A stretch of DNA of 27,461 nt from assembly GCA_030589715.1 (NCBI GenBank), contig JAUUVE010000001.1, forward strand, positions 1 through 27,461. Direction: 5' to 3'. This DNA comes from Desulfobacteraceae bacterium (GTDB taxonomy: Bacteria; Desulfobacterota; DSM-4660; Desulfatiglandales; Desulfatiglandaceae). A program made the position numbers and the translations under genes. Each line of letters begins with the position of its first letter. Position 1 is the stretch's first letter. Below the pieces are notes generated by a model, which saw only the letters and a list, made by a program, of their open reading frames with translations, was not told where the DNA came from and searched no databases. Shown here piece by piece: positions 26,132 to 27,461 of the stretch.

Positions 26132-26638
26132 TTACTCATCTTTCAAGGGTTTTTTCTTCCAGCTATGGTGTAATTCGGGGGATATGACACTTACCATAGA
26201 CTGGTAGGAGGTGATGATCAAAGGGGCCAATCTTGATTTTGTGATGACAGGTGCCTTTGAAGGGACAAAAAAGGTGAACAGGACGATGCCGAAATAGGTG
26301 ATGATCAAACCCTTCAGGGTAGCAAGTCCAGCACCAAGGATCCTGTCGGCCCAACCCACAAGGGCCTTTCCAAATAGTTTCTTTAGCCCCCGGCCCATGA
26401 GATTACACAGGATGAAAACAACCACAAAAATCAGGGCAAAGCCTAACAGTGCAAGGAATTTCCCAGAAGGGAGAAATGGACTCAGGAGCCGCGTGAGTTG
26501 GGGTTGAAGGAGGTTGGCAAGGTAGATCCCCAAGATTACTCCCGCAAGTGAACCAATCTCCCTGAAAAATCCCCTGAAGACGCCCAGCACGATCAGAAAG
26601 ACCATGAGGGCGATAATAATTATGTCCAGCAAGTTCAT
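26132..26638 (-). CDS. cvpA: CvpA family membrane protein
   Basis: MNLLDIIII...GVFRGFFREIGSLAG, DRILGAGL..LKG, SRLAP. Confidence 0.88.
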   Translation of the reverse strand: MNLLDIIIIALMVFLIVLGVFRGFFREIGSLAGVILGIYLANLLQPQLTRLLSPFLPSGKFLALLGFALIFVVVFILCNLMGRGLKKLFGKALVGWADRILGAGLATLKGLIITYFGIVLFTFFVPSKAPVITKSRLAPLIITSYQSMVSVISPELHHSWKKKPLKDE

Positions 26639-26699
26639 ACGTAGTCCACATTTAGGCCCCTGCATCCTCGTCAGGGCAGAGGAGAGGAATACAGCCGGG

Positions 26700-27101
26700 C
26701 TAACCCATGTCAACTAATGGCCTGACCTCTGTAATCTTGAAACGGATCGCGGCATGGATCATTTGTGCGGTCTCCTTGCCGGCCGCCTTTGCAATATTGT
26801 CCTTGATCTGATCGTAGAACCCGCCACCGGTTTCAATATCCAGGGCCTCAAGATATACCCTGGCGCCCTTCCAGTCTGCGAGGGTCTTGCCCGGCTCCAT
26901 GACAATAAAGACCGCCTTGGGATTTTCTTGGAGGTTCATAAATGTCCTGTTTTTCCCGATCCCCATGACTACAGTGTTTTCGTCAATCATCTGTGGAGAG
27001 CCAAAGACCGCAACATTTACCTCTCCCTTCCCGTTGGCAGTGCTAAGGGATCCTATCCTCGGGCGTTTATTAAACAGTGTCGTCAACTCCTGCCGATTCA
27101 T
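26700..27101 (-). CDS. Pyridoxamine 5'-phosphate oxidase-like FMN-binding split-barrel protein
   Basis: LSTANGKGEVNVA...TFMNLQENPKA..GARVY. AGGAGG SD upstream. Confidence 0.78.
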   Translation of the reverse strand: MNRQELTTLFNKRPRIGSLSTANGKGEVNVAVFGSPQMIDENTVVMGIGKNRTFMNLQENPKAVFIVMEPGKTLADWKGARVYLEALDIETGGGFYDQIKDNIAKAAGKETAQMIHAAIRFKITEVRPLVDMG

Positions 27102-27196
27102 AACATGCCTCCTTTATAAAGTTGGGTAATCTACGCCGATCGCTGCATTTTGCTCACCGAATCCTATCATGTCTCACCTCTATTAACAAGGACGGA

Positions 27197-27461
27197 TTAG
27201 AGATCCTTTCTGATCAATAATGGACTGAAGCGGGTATCACGGTCATAGACATCAAGACCCTCGCGCCGTTTCAGGAAGTTCACCGAGATGTATGTTAAAG
27301 GAGTGGCAGCAGCCTCATAGGCAGATTTGACAATCCACTGGGTAAAGATAGCCAACGCCAATGTCTTCGGTGGAATTGTTCCAATAAAGGCCAAGGTTAT
27401 AAAGACCAACGAATCCAGACCTTGGCCCACCAGCGTAGAACCGATGGTCCGTGTCCACAGC
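27197..27461 (-). CDS. yhhQ: Queuosine precursor transporter (YhhQ/VUT family), 3' part only
   Basis: Frame open to the window edge: LWTRTIGSTLVGQGLDSLVFITLAF...KSAYEAAATPLTY. Confidence 0.85.
   Translation of the reverse strand, partial: LWTRTIGSTLVGQGLDSLVFITLAFIGTIPPKTLALAIFTQWIVKSAYEAAATPLTYISVNFLKRREGLDVYDRDTRFSPLLIRKDL

Noticed and set aside
1-27461. CRISPR array, tRNA, rRNA, defence island
   Set aside because: No regularly spaced 23-47 bp repeats, cloverleaf or rRNA-like sequence, or defence genes seen. MazG is canonical and in a housekeeping operon.

Overview
A 27.5-kb bacterial chromosomal segment. Desulfobacterota/deltaproteobacterial origin is my inference from gene content and repeat style. 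Gene blocks in order: amidase and a convergent cupin; an orphan Cys-rich protein; a Mo/W-cofactor operon (moeA, moeA fused to a periplasmic-binding-protein-like domain, sensor-less modE-like HTH, mobB) with a ModE-type palindrome over its promoter; a complete tol-pal cluster (tolQ, tolR, tolA, tolB, pal, cpoB); a CLC-CBS transporter; a stand-alone excisionase-type HTH; a NamZ/DUF1343 muramidase; an HExxH peptidase; an internally deleted FadH/OYE-type flavoprotein gene; hcp plus a ferredoxin-like partner with an HcpR-type box; and a minus-strand run of plsC, mtgA, mazG, cvpA, a PNPOx-like gene and a partial yhhQ. Items found outside the ORF track: a 33-aa ribosomal protein THX/bS31 gene, two diverged copies of a 134-bp MITE, a 181-bp MITE with a TAAA target duplication, a tyrosine-transposase stub and several heptamer or palindromic repeats. 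I saw no rRNA, tRNA or CRISPR array. Most genes are housekeeping. I cannot establish a wholly new multi-gene system; the best candidates for novelty are listed as findings. All family assignments come from motif recognition, not database searches.
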